Positions 47,507-57,020 of a stretch of 64,000 nucleotides of DNA are shown one piece after another (position 1 is the stretch's first letter; every line of letters begins with the position of its first letter). Origin of the DNA: a virus (Duplodnaviria > Caudoviricetes). The position numbers and the translations under genes are program-made. The notes under the pieces were generated by a model. That model saw nothing but the letters and a program-made list of their open reading frames with translations, was not told the origin of the DNA and ran no database searches. Where the stretch lies: IMG/VR virus record IMGVR_UViG_3300025129_000005; one strand, written 5' to 3'.

Positions 47507-47956
47507 ATGCCAGAAGGAACAGTTTCAGATGAAACATCTCATTATGTGAGGAATAAAGATCTCATACCTGAGATTAAGGAATTTAATAAATCAGGCAGAA
47601 TATCAGAAGAATTAGGAAGAATGTTACTTTTGATAGCTAAAAATCTTTCCAATAAAGGTAATTTTATAAACTATACTTGGAAGGATGATATGATACAAGA
47701 AGCGGTATTAACCTGTTGTAAATATTTAAAGAACTTTGATTTAGAAGTATCAAACAATCCGTTTGCTTATATTACAACAATTTGTAGTCACGCATTTGTG
47801 AACTACATTAATAAACAAAAAAGACACAGTGATATAAAGGATACATTGTTTCATAATCGTATGGACATGGATGATGAATCATCCTCTTATAGATATAAGG
47901 CAATTGATTACACTGTAATGTCGGATGATATAAAGAAGAAAAAGAATTCCAAGTGA
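47507..47956 (+). CDS. gp55: Late-transcription sigma factor (T4 gp55 family)
   Basis: HYV.NK.L, LIA.NLS.K.NF.NYTWKDDMI.EA...C.KYL.NFD....NPFAYIT.IC..AF motifs. SD ggagg favours ATG 47507. Confidence 0.92.
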   Translation: MPEGTVSDETSHYVRNKDLIPEIKEFNKSGRISEELGRMLLLIAKNLSNKGNFINYTWKDDMIQEAVLTCCKYLKNFDLEVSNNPFAYITTICSHAFVNYINKQKRHSDIKDTLFHNRMDMDDESSSYRYKAIDYTVMSDDIKKKKNSK

Positions 47957-47977
47957 TGATCTCGGAGGAAAAAATTA

Positions 47978-50900
47978 ATGGCCGTTAACAGAATTTATGG
48001 CGCTATTTCAATAACAAACAACCCTACAGGACTGACAACCAATCCAGAAAACGGTTCATTGAAGGGTATTAGTAAGGATATAATTTCCGATGGTGATATG
48101 GCTGTGGTTAGGGATATCACCGGAGAATCCATTCATTTCTATACGTATGATGAATCTTCTAGCGCCATGGATGATAACGTTAAAGTCGTAAAACCGGAAG
48201 GCGGATCTGTTGGAAGGTGGTTAGTAACCTCGCCTAAGTATTTTGCTGAAAACATAATTGTTGACAGCGACAAGATGGTTCTTGTTAATAAAATAGCTCC
48301 TAATGGATCAAATCTTGTATTAAGTTATAACGGTACGTCTATTGATCTATCTATAGGATCATCTAACATAACCATAACAAAACCGCTAATAACAGATAAA
48401 CAAATAACATCCACGGTCGTTGATGGTACTCCTGCATTTATTATATCAAGTTCTACTATGATCCCCAATTTAAGGGCTGAATATATAGGAAATACTTTAC
48501 ATAGTAATGTGTGGACTAAAGATGCATCTATTGCAGTTACAGGTGTTCCGGTTCTTGATGGTACATTAGATTCAATAACATCCATAACAAACGCAAGACA
48601 TTTAACAACAAAAGATTATGTTGATAATAAAATTTCCATTGTTAACTCTTCTTTTACAAAAGTACATAACAATCTTACAGGTCTAACTACAGGTGACCCT
48701 CATACCCAATATATGTTGGTAGATGGGTCAAGACCATTCAATAATAATATTAATTTCCCTAGAGTAAGCACGGATCTGGTAAACCCCATTAATACATATG
48801 ATCTTGTTCATAAGAAATATGTTGATGATAGGATTACTCTCATATCACAGGGAGATCTTTTTGTTACTGTTGACGGAAGTAGCATAGTAACCGCACCGAT
48901 TTTATACGATGGTGCTGTTGATTTTTCTGCTTTGGATGCCCAAGATCAAGCCTTTGCTTCTGTTGATTATGTAAAGCAATCGTTTATCAATCATAATACC
49001 GGAATCACTCATACAGAGTACCTTATAAACAGTAGTAATGATACTATTGATGGTCATTTGTCCACGACACAGGCAGTAACTACAGCATCTAATCAATATA
49101 TTACTAGAGGTGAGATTGATGCTTTCTTACGTGGAGTTTATAAAAACACTTACATGTCAGATTATTATATTGATATTGGTTCTGTTGTATATAATTCAAA
49201 TATTGTAAGAAAAGATAGACCACGATCTGATAGTAATTATACATTCTCAAAGTTAGAATCATCAGGTTTAAATCTTGTGAGCTATGAATATCTTAGATCA
49301 AAAATATATAACATATTACAAGGAAGTCCTGATGTAATCATAGGTGATGTTTTACGTTCTACCCTTATTAGCGGTAGTGATGGATACCTTAATGGTTCTG
49401 ATGTAACTGTTCGTGGTGGCAGTGGAACTGGTATGGTTATTAATATAACCACTGACGGATCTGGAACTATAACAAGCTATAATATTGTTGATAGTGGAAT
49501 GAATTATGTTGAACTTGATACTGTATATGTAAATGGTACAAGTGGTGGATATGTTGTGGGGGATATCGTATCGGTTGATTCTTCGTTAAATGGCATTGGT
49601 GGTGAATTACGGGTAACAGAGGTTGATTCTTATGGAAAAGTTATACAAGTTTCTGTATCCTTGTCAGGAAGTGGATATCAAGATGAAACGTGTACAACAA
49701 CAGCTATACAGGGTCAAGGAACGGGTCTGACTGTTGATATAGTTGAAATTACGGTAGATGGACTTCTGTCGACACCAGAGGTAAGTATAAATCAATCAGG
49801 TGATGGTGACGGGAGATATAAAGTTGGTGACACAGTACGTTTGGTTGGTGGTAACAATGATACCGTTATAACTATTGATACTGTATTAGAATCAGGAGAA
49901 GTTACCGATTTTACAGTTACGAATGGTGGCACAGGTGGTATCTCCACAGGAACATACACAACTACATCGTTGTCAGGCGATGGTTTGGGTTTGACCTTTG
50001 ATGTTGTTGATGGCGGGGACGGCATAGTTCAACAAGGTGAAATTAATATAAATGTACCCGGAACTGTACACGCATCGATACGACTGGACGAAACGGTTCG
50101 TGGTGCTTATCATTCATATCTCATTGGTAGTGGTGTGGGTGATGATCATACTCAATATATGCATATTGATTGTAGAAGAGGTTTTGATAATTCATTAAAT
50201 TATCCACGAGTCAATAATAGTAGTATAGAACCAACACAGCCGGGAGATCTCATAACTAAAAGTTATTTTGATAGTCGGGCGGGTTTATCTCAGAAATACC
50301 CTCATTACTATTTTACACAGAATGTTGATACCTCTAATGACGAATCTAAAGAAAAGGTTAGAAAGGATTATGTTGATAGATATGTAGGATTATCCCTTGT
50401 ATCTCCCACAGACAAACATTTTGACTATCTGTCAGAATCTTTTGTTGGTAATGGATGGGTTGGGGCATTGGATTCAACTTATAATGATGGTTCTGATAAT
50501 GGTATCATTATAACAAATAACTTCAAAAATTATGGAACAATTGTTAATTTTAATTTGATCAATGGTGGTAGTAATTTATTATCTATTAGTGCTGAACTAG
50601 ATAGAATACCTTTAAATTATCCAAGAAGTATTGGTGATTCTTCAACTTCGAGTGCCGAGGGTAGTGGCTTGTCCGTTGATACTACAATATCCGATGGATA
50701 TGTTACCTATGTATCACTTACGTATGGGGGTACGTCATACACTACTAACGGTTCTGGAGTATCAACGACAAGTTCTGGGTCTGGAATGGGTCTTTTGGTT
50801 TCGATTGAAAGTGATGGGAATTCTGTCACGAAAGTTACCGTGGATTCGGGAGGTTCAGGATATGTCACGGACGATGTTGTTTCTATATCAGGATCAGGTA

Positions 50901-52402
50901 ATGGTGATGCAACTTTAGTGGTACAGTCAGTTTCGGATGGGGTTGTGACTGGTGTATCTATTAATGATGGTGGTGTTGATTATTCAGTTAATGATGTATT
51001 ATCCATAGGAAATGTTGTAGGTTATAAAAATGGGGACACTGTAACTGTTGATGGAGGTACTACATTAGCATCTATTACTATAACAGGGGTTACCCCTTAT
51101 GGTGATGTATTAACATTTACGGTTACGGATGGTGGTACAGGATATTCTATGGGAACAGATATATCAACAACAACTACTTCGGGTTTAGGTATTGGATTAA
51201 CTTTTGATATAAATCCAATTGATGGTATTTTAAGTACCGGTAGAGTTACTTTATCTAATAAAGGTACGTTAACAAAGTGCTTGGCTAGAGTTACATCGGC
51301 TGATGTTAACGGTACTGTTTCATCTTTGTCAATTATTCATGGTGGATCTGGTTATGCTTCACTGACAGAAGAAACAACAACTGGTATTGGCTATCCAACA
51401 ATGGATATTTCAGGTATAAATGTTAATCGAACAGAAACAAGTGTTGTTTTAGATGAATCAGGTGGAGGAGGAACAACTCTTGGTATAGTTCCGAGAATTA
51501 TTGGTTCGATACAATTTGTATCTATAATTAATAGTGGTTATGGTTATCAGGTTGGTGATACAATTGATTGGTCAGGTGATGGTTCTTATGGTACATGGAA
51601 AGTTTCTGGTGTTGGACCAGAAGGTCAGATATCGAAAGTATCAAGGCTATATTCTTCCGTATCTCAATGGTCAACCATTTCCATGAGAAGCATATCAACG
51701 ACAAATGGTTATGGTGCCGTGGTAAAACCATACCTTGTTGGGTCAATTTCTGATTTTATATTAGAAGGAGGTTCCGGTTATGTGGCTAACAATTTTACTT
51801 ATGATCCAACTAACTCAACAAATGATGGGTTCTTTTGGTCTGGTTATGGAACCGCCGCAGGTGATACTAATTCAACTTCTACTAACTTTACGTTCCTTAA
51901 CCAGCGAGATGAAAGGTTGGAGATTGGTCATTATGGCTCAGGTACTCTTGAGTCGAATGTCGGAGGAAGTGGTAGTTTCACTGTACCAGCAAGTTCGTCT
52001 ATAACCGGAGTTCAATTTGATACATATGGTCATATAACAAACATATTAACCGGAATAACAACTATATCAGAATCTTGGTCTAAACAAACCAGTGATTTCG
52101 TATCCTCATTCGGATATGCGTATTTTGTTGATACCAGTTCTGGTGCTATTACTGTTCAGTTGCCAGATACCGTTTCAGGTACAATCTTACCATCTATAGG
52201 GGATATTTTAATAATTGATGATTATAAAGGCTCATCATCTGTTAATAATATAAAGATTCGAGCGCATGATAATGATGGAGGATCTAATAATATAATTATT
52301 GAGGGGGTGTCGTCTCAAGATTTAATTTTAGATGTTGATGGTGCTAAATTAACAATGATTTATGTTGATGCTGTTTATGGATGGAGATATAAAATATCAT
52401 AA
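47978..52402 (+). CDS. Large tail fibre / virion structural protein, 1474 aa
   Basis: H..LTGL...DPH.QY and LTTK.YVD fibre motifs, many GSG.G...GY..GD beta repeats, shared C-terminal YFVDTS.GAITV.LP module. Confidence 0.7.
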   Translation: MAVNRIYGAISITNNPTGLTTNPENGSLKGISKDIISDGDMAVVRDITGESIHFYTYDESSSAMDDNVKVVKPEGGSVGRWLVTSPKYFAENIIVDSDKMVLVNKIAPNGSNLVLSYNGTSIDLSIGSSNITITKPLITDKQITSTVVDGTPAFIISSSTMIPNLRAEYIGNTLHSNVWTKDASIAVTGVPVLDGTLDSITSITNARHLTTKDYVDNKISIVNSSFTKVHNNLTGLTTGDPHTQYMLVDGSRPFNNNINFPRVSTDLVNPINTYDLVHKKYVDDRITLISQGDLFVTVDGSSIVTAPILYDGAVDFSALDAQDQAFASVDYVKQSFINHNTGITHTEYLINSSNDTIDGHLSTTQAVTTASNQYITRGEIDAFLRGVYKNTYMSDYYIDIGSVVYNSNIVRKDRPRSDSNYTFSKLESSGLNLVSYEYLRSKIYNILQGSPDVIIGDVLRSTLISGSDGYLNGSDVTVRGGSGTGMVINITTDGSGTITSYNIVDSGMNYVELDTVYVNGTSGGYVVGDIVSVDSSLNGIGGELRVTEVDSYGKVIQVSVSLSGSGYQDETCTTTAIQGQGTGLTVDIVEITVDGLLSTPEVSINQSGDGDGRYKVGDTVRLVGGNNDTVITIDTVLESGEVTDFTVTNGGTGGISTGTYTTTSLSGDGLGLTFDVVDGGDGIVQQGEININVPGTVHASIRLDETVRGAYHSYLIGSGVGDDHTQYMHIDCRRGFDNSLNYPRVNNSSIEPTQPGDLITKSYFDSRAGLSQKYPHYYFTQNVDTSNDESKEKVRKDYVDRYVGLSLVSPTDKHFDYLSESFVGNGWVGALDSTYNDGSDNGIIITNNFKNYGTIVNFNLINGGSNLLSISAELDRIPLNYPRSIGDSSTSSAEGSGLSVDTTISDGYVTYVSLTYGGTSYTTNGSGVSTTSSGSGMGLLVSIESDGNSVTKVTVDSGGSGYVTDDVVSISGSGNGDATLVVQSVSDGVVTGVSINDGGVDYSVNDVLSIGNVVGYKNGDTVTVDGGTTLASITITGVTPYGDVLTFTVTDGGTGYSMGTDISTTTTSGLGIGLTFDINPIDGILSTGRVTLSNKGTLTKCLARVTSADVNGTVSSLSIIHGGSGYASLTEETTTGIGYPTMDISGINVNRTETSVVLDESGGGGTTLGIVPRIIGSIQFVSIINSGYGYQVGDTIDWSGDGSYGTWKVSGVGPEGQISKVSRLYSSVSQWSTISMRSISTTNGYGAVVKPYLVGSISDFILEGGSGYVANNFTYDPTNSTNDGFFWSGYGTAAGDTNSTSTNFTFLNQRDERLEIGHYGSGTLESNVGGSGSFTVPASSSITGVQFDTYGHITNILTGITTISESWSKQTSDFVSSFGYAYFVDTSSGAITVQLPDTVSGTILPSIGDILIIDDYKGSSSVNNIKIRAHDNDGGSNNIIIEGVSSQDLILDVDGAKLTMIYVDAVYGWRYKIS

Positions 52403-52429
52403 AAAATAAATGATTTAGTTATATTCACA

Positions 52430-52437
52430 TATAAATA
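52430..52437 (+). promoter_or_regulatory. Late promoter TATAAATA heading the radical SAM island
   Basis: Exact consensus in the intergenic gap; a second variant GTAAATA at 52456-52462. Confidence 0.65.
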
Positions 52438-52485
52438 CATTTATGGTATTATTTTGTAAATAAAGAATCGGGAGATATTTAAGTT

Positions 52486-53610
52486 TTGAAGTCATTAACA
52501 GTTGAATATGTTATAACAGAACAATGCAATCTTAATTGTGAATATTGCTATATGAAAAATAGTAATACATATATGGATCTCGAAGGAACCCTTCATTTTA
52601 TCGAAAATGTCCATAAATTAATGGAAGTATATGGTAGTGATAAATACAATATATCATATTTTGGCGGAGAGCCTTTAATGAATTGGGGGTTGATTGAAAA
52701 GTCAGCCCCTTTATTCAAACAAGACCCTAGATGTGAACATCAGATAATAATAAGCAACGGTCTTCTTCTTGATGAAAATAAAATAAATTTCATAAAAGAA
52801 AATGAGATTGGATTTTCTTTCTCCTTTGATGGATTGTGGCAGAATAAAAATCGTCCACATGTATCACACGAGGATGTGTTTTCATTATATATGAAAAAAA
52901 TTCCCCTTGTAAAAAAACTTGTCGGTAATGGTGGGGGTAAAGTTATGGTATCCCCTAGTAATATTGATACAATGACAGAAAATTTTGAATTTTTTGTAAA
53001 CGAAATTGGAGCTTATTTTCCAGATTTCAGTCTAGTTCGAGATGATATTTGGAGTGAGGATGATGTAAAAAGGTTCAAGGTTGAGAGCCGGAGACTTGCT
53101 GATAGAATTGTAAAATATTACGAAGACGGTAAGGCGGTTTTTGTTGGGTTTTTTGGATTACATCTCATCGATTCTATATTAGGTTATAATAAAGGTAAAA
53201 GACCTTTTGGGTGTTTTGCGGGATGTTCTGGTGTTGGTTATATGCCAGACAAACAATTTTATTTATGTGCCAGATACGGATCAGGTGATTCTGATAAAAG
53301 TGGTCTTATAATGGATGTTAATGGTAATTTAAATCATGATTTGATTAATAAATATTTAGATCCAAATATTCATAACCCTAAATGTTACGAGGAATGCAAG
53401 GCATGTGATCTGTATAAATTTTGTAATGCTGGTTGTACTTATTCACAGACACGTGAAGATGAACAAGGTAATATAACAGCAAAACCAGTAAAAAATGTAT
53501 GTGAATTATATCATATTATACAAGATGATGTATTTTATTTACACGATAAATTAAAAGATAATAAGTTATATATTGATTGTATGGTGAATCGTTATGGTAA
53601 ATACTTTTAA
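52486..53610 (+). CDS. Radical SAM enzyme with SPASM domain
   Basis: CNLNCEYC; FGGEPL; SPASM C(FAG)C...GYMPD...YLC and C.AC.LY.FC.AGC...C. Confidence 0.93.
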   Translation: MKSLTVEYVITEQCNLNCEYCYMKNSNTYMDLEGTLHFIENVHKLMEVYGSDKYNISYFGGEPLMNWGLIEKSAPLFKQDPRCEHQIIISNGLLLDENKINFIKENEIGFSFSFDGLWQNKNRPHVSHEDVFSLYMKKIPLVKKLVGNGGGKVMVSPSNIDTMTENFEFFVNEIGAYFPDFSLVRDDIWSEDDVKRFKVESRRLADRIVKYYEDGKAVFVGFFGLHLIDSILGYNKGKRPFGCFAGCSGVGYMPDKQFYLCARYGSGDSDKSGLIMDVNGNLNHDLINKYLDPNIHNPKCYEECKACDLYKFCNAGCTYSQTREDEQGNITAKPVKNVCELYHIIQDDVFYLHDKLKDNKLYIDCMVNRYGKYF

Positions 53611-53622
53611 GGAGAAAATGCA

Positions 53623-53979
53623 ATGAGTGTAAAAAATATGTCAGAAGTTGTTAGAAAAATGATGGATATTGTTAATTTAATGGAAGAATGCCCTAGTACT
53701 CCCGAAAAGGATGCTATTGTAAACTCCATGCTTAAATTATCATCCATGGTATTGAATAATTTGATGAATGGAAAATCGCCGATGAAGAATGATGGGAAGT
53801 GTGATAATCCTGATTGTAAGTGTGGTGGCAAAAACAATCAAGACGGTAATGGGTGTAATGGTCATACAAGTCAAGGTGGTAATCTTAGGTCTAATAATAT
53901 ATTACCTTCTGTTGATTTAAATTCTACGATAGAGAAAATAAGAGAAGAAATTAAAAATAGTAAAAATGAAAAAGACTAA
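53623..53979 (+). CDS. Small protein with Cys/His patch (CDNPDCKC...CNGH)
   Basis: SD aggag; between two radical SAM genes; shares CNGH with the N-terminus of the Cys-rich protein. Confidence 0.6.
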   Translation: MSVKNMSEVVRKMMDIVNLMEECPSTPEKDAIVNSMLKLSSMVLNNLMNGKSPMKNDGKCDNPDCKCGGKNNQDGNGCNGHTSQGGNLRSNNILPSVDLNSTIEKIREEIKNSKNEKD

Positions 53980-54787
53980 TATTATATATTTGACGACAAG
54001 ATGTAACCTTGGATGTGAGTATTGTTACGAGTCAAGAAAAAATCAGATACAGAGTGATGTCACGAAGGATCAAATTGATGAGTTTATATCTGAGATAGAA
54101 GTTCGTGAATCAGAATACAATCAACACACGGTTGTTATTATGGGTGGTGAGCCAACTATAGTTCCCGATATGGTTGAGTATATAGCAGAAAAAATGATTT
54201 CTTCTAAAAAAACATTTAATGTTCATATGAACACTAACGGTATATTATTGGATAATGATGACTACAGGAATAAATTTTATGACTTGATTGAAAGATCTTC
54301 TGATAATGGTGTTAGTTGGCTAGTTTTGGTTAGTTATGATTGGAAAAATAACAACAAGAGGAAATTTAAAAGCGGTGAAACGTCTACTCATATAGTGGAG
54401 AGTACTTTACGTAAACTTAGTAATGAGGATAGACAGTTCGGTATATCATGCACTGTTTCATATGATAACTGTGAAGAACTTATGGACTATAGCATTAATA
54501 TATTAGAAAGATATAAAATTGTTAGATTGGTTTTTTCTTGGAATTACCAGAATATATCGAATCATATAGGACCTGGTTATATAAAACAGTTACAAGAGTA
54601 TTATGATCCGTATATGGCTGAATTACAAAGAATGTACGATGTTAATATCTGTGGTTTTAATGGAAAAACGTGTTTTGAATGTGGAAATTGTGCAGGAATA
54701 GATTATGATGGTAATTTATATTTAAGCCCAACAAAGGGTATATTGATAGAACCATCTACAACTTTCAAAGAGTTTGATAGATTTTAG
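53966..54787 (+). CDS. Radical SAM enzyme (short, partial SPASM/twitch-like C-terminus)
   Basis: CNLGCEYC; MGGEPT; TNG; C-terminal C....TC..CG.C.GID.DGNLY. Confidence 0.9.
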   Translation: MKKTNIIYLTTRCNLGCEYCYESRKNQIQSDVTKDQIDEFISEIEVRESEYNQHTVVIMGGEPTIVPDMVEYIAEKMISSKKTFNVHMNTNGILLDNDDYRNKFYDLIERSSDNGVSWLVLVSYDWKNNNKRKFKSGETSTHIVESTLRKLSNEDRQFGISCTVSYDNCEELMDYSINILERYKIVRLVFSWNYQNISNHIGPGYIKQLQEYYDPYMAELQRMYDVNICGFNGKTCFECGNCAGIDYDGNLYLSPTKGILIEPSTTFKEFDRF

Positions 54788-54805
54788 GAACAATAAGGAT
54801 TATGG

Positions 54806-55900
54806 ATGAGAATATTTCATATAGATATAAATTCGACAAGACAATGTAATTTAAGATGTAAGTATTGCTATGAGGCTAATAATAGTCTTATGGAGAATGA
54901 GTCATATAAAGATCCTGAAAACTTCATCAAGTTCTGTAAAGATTTCATGGAGTCCGATTTCTTTAAGAGTAATTATGATGCAATTAAAGTAAATTTTTGG
55001 GGCGGAGAGCCTTCACTTAACAAAGAATTATTTAACCATTTAATGGATGAGTTCTTAGAAGATAATAGAGTTATCTTTTTTATGTTTTCTAATGGATTTT
55101 ATATAGATGATTATTACATAAATTTATTTAAAATGTTACAGAAGATAAAAATTAATAGCGAACCTAAATTTGTCATGCAGGTCAGTTATGATGGTGAAAT
55201 TATTCATGACATAGATAGGGTTGATGTTAAGGGTAAAGGTTCTTCTGAGAAGGTTAGACAAACTCTACAGAAGCTTATTGATAACAATATATATTATGTT
55301 ATGAAAAGTACTATATCCCCTAAAAACTTTAAACACTTGTATGAAGCATATCTTGATGTAAGTAAATTTTTACCCCAAGGACGTAGCTACTTTCCGACGA
55401 TAGATTTGCATCTTTCTTATGAGGAAGGTGATGATAGTTATAAACAACATGGTCAAGATTTATATGAGCAATTGATAAAAATATCATCATACCAAAAACA
55501 AAACGGATTGGATAATTTTGTGTTTTTCTTTCCCAATAAAGCATTGTGTGCTGCCGGTGTTAGTATGATAGCAGTGGATATTAATGGTAATATATTACCA
55601 TGTCATGGGGCTTTATATACCAATTATGATGAACATCTTATTGGTAATGTTTCGGACGAGGATGCTATTGATAAAGTTATAAATAGTTCAAATTGGTTTA
55701 AAGACTTCTATACAAACGTTCCAGAAGAATGTAAAGGATGTACAAATAAGTTTTGTTTGAAGTGTAATGTTGTGAAGTATGAGCATAGTGAGAAAGATAA
55801 ATATGAGGAAAAATGGACTGATCATACCTGTCAACCTTATCAATGTTATTTTTTTGATATAATAGATTTGGTTAGTAGGGCACATAGAATGGTTAGTTAA
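54806..55900 (+). CDS. Radical SAM enzyme with SPASM domain
   Basis: CNLRCKYC; FWGGEPS; CAAG.SMIAVDINGNILPCH and CKGC.NKFC..C...C..YQC. Confidence 0.93.
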   Translation: MRIFHIDINSTRQCNLRCKYCYEANNSLMENESYKDPENFIKFCKDFMESDFFKSNYDAIKVNFWGGEPSLNKELFNHLMDEFLEDNRVIFFMFSNGFYIDDYYINLFKMLQKIKINSEPKFVMQVSYDGEIIHDIDRVDVKGKGSSEKVRQTLQKLIDNNIYYVMKSTISPKNFKHLYEAYLDVSKFLPQGRSYFPTIDLHLSYEEGDDSYKQHGQDLYEQLIKISSYQKQNGLDNFVFFFPNKALCAAGVSMIAVDINGNILPCHGALYTNYDEHLIGNVSDEDAIDKVINSSNWFKDFYTNVPEECKGCTNKFCLKCNVVKYEHSEKDKYEEKWTDHTCQPYQCYFFDIIDLVSRAHRMVS

Positions 55901-55911
55901 GGAATTTAATT

Positions 55912-57006
55912 ATGGCATGTAATGGGCATGTAAGTAGTACGGGTTGTCATGGTCATACCCTAACGGGGTGTGTAGGTCACATTAACTCATGTGGTGGTCA
56001 TTCTGGATATTATCCATCAAGGGCTGTTGCATTTACTAATAATGTAGCGGATTCTGGTGATATCATAGACTATGAGAATGAACTTAATGAATTAAGAGAT
56101 GAACTGAATTATGAGGCGTCTAGGAGAGGATTAACTAATCTATTAATTCCCGTATTTGATCAACCAGTGGATGCACTTGAAATAAGAACCATGAGAGATA
56201 CTTATGTGAGTATAACAGGGAACTGTGCAGATACCCCTATAAGTGATGCAGACATTGTAACAGGTGAACTAATACGTCCAATTACAGTAGAATCCATGTT
56301 AGAAGGATTTATCGATTGGGCATCTAATTGTACGTGTAACTGTAACTACTCTTGTACGTGTAACTGTAACTACTCTTGTACGTGTAACTGTAACTACTCT
56401 TGTACGTGTAACTGTAACTATTGTGCATGTGATTGTGATTATTGTACATGTCAGTGTGCTTATGCTTGTACTTGTGATTGTAATTATGCTTGTACATGTG
56501 AGTGTAACTATTGTGCATGTGATTGTAATTATGTTTGTACTTGTGATTGTAATTATGCTTGTACATGTCAGTGTGATAATGAGTGTAATTGTGATTGTAA
56601 TTATGCTTGTACATGTCAGTGTGATTATGCTTGTACCTGCGATTGTAATCATGACTGTATTTGCGATTGTAATCATGCTTCATGTAGTTGTGATTATGCT
56701 TGTACCTGCGATTGTAATCATGACTGTATTTGCGATTGTAATCATGACTGTATTTGCGATTGTAATCATGACTGTATTTGCGATTGTAATCATGCCTGTA
56801 TTTGCGATTGTAATCATGCCTGTATTTGCGATTGTAATCATGCCTGTATTTGCGATTGTAATCATGCCTGTATTTGCGATTGTAATCATGCCTGTATTTG
56901 CGATTGTGCTTATGCTTGTACTTGTGATTGTAATCATGCCTGTATTTGTGATTGTTATTATGTAACATCGTATGTTCCTAGTGGATGTTATAGTCACAAA
57001 AATTAA
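55912..57006 (+). CDS. Cys-rich repeat protein, putative radical SAM substrate / RiPP-like precursor
   Basis: Four N-terminal CxGH motifs, a roughly 110-aa helical-looking domain, then about 27 CxCxCxxx units (about 80 Cys by hand count). Confidence 0.8.
   Translation: MACNGHVSSTGCHGHTLTGCVGHINSCGGHSGYYPSRAVAFTNNVADSGDIIDYENELNELRDELNYEASRRGLTNLLIPVFDQPVDALEIRTMRDTYVSITGNCADTPISDADIVTGELIRPITVESMLEGFIDWASNCTCNCNYSCTCNCNYSCTCNCNYSCTCNCNYCACDCDYCTCQCAYACTCDCNYACTCECNYCACDCNYVCTCDCNYACTCQCDNECNCDCNYACTCQCDYACTCDCNHDCICDCNHASCSCDYACTCDCNHDCICDCNHDCICDCNHDCICDCNHACICDCNHACICDCNHACICDCNHACICDCNHACICDCAYACTCDCNHACICDCYYVTSYVPSGCYSHKN
56329..56961 (+). repeat. In-frame 24-bp (occasionally 21-bp) tandem repeat array encoding CxCxCxxx
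   Basis: tgtacgtgtaactgtaactactct x3 at the 5' end; tgtatttgcgattgtaatcatgcc x5 exact at 56773-56892; related variants between. Confidence 0.97.
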
Positions 57007-57020
57007 TAGGAGGTTAAAAA

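Noticed and set aside
196-51746. Numerous minus-strand and short overlapping ORFs in the track (e.g. 10595-11077, 26724-27290, 27648-28184, 43731-44180)
   Set aside because: They lie antisense to or inside confidently assigned genes, lack SD or motifs, and are expected shadows of codon bias.
42418-52402. Diversity-generating retroelement or invertase-driven fibre switching
   Set aside because: No reverse transcriptase, no adenine-specific TR/VR pair, no recombinase and no inverted repeats found by eye.
52486-55900. Radical SAMs as NrdG/PFL activases or QueE
   Set aside because: Two carry full SPASM Cys sets and none has an adjacent nrdD or pfl gene; the peptide-maturase reading fits better, though it is unproven.
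56329-56961. Possible CRISPR array
   Set aside because: Repeats abut with no unique spacers, are in frame within a CDS, and no cas genes are present.
56299-56997. Four overlapping alternative-frame ORFs (HNRKYRHDY..., MITIANTG..., VIMPVFAI...)
   Set aside because: By-products of a 24-bp repeat that lacks stop codons in several frames; no SD, and the Cys frame has the proper start and context.
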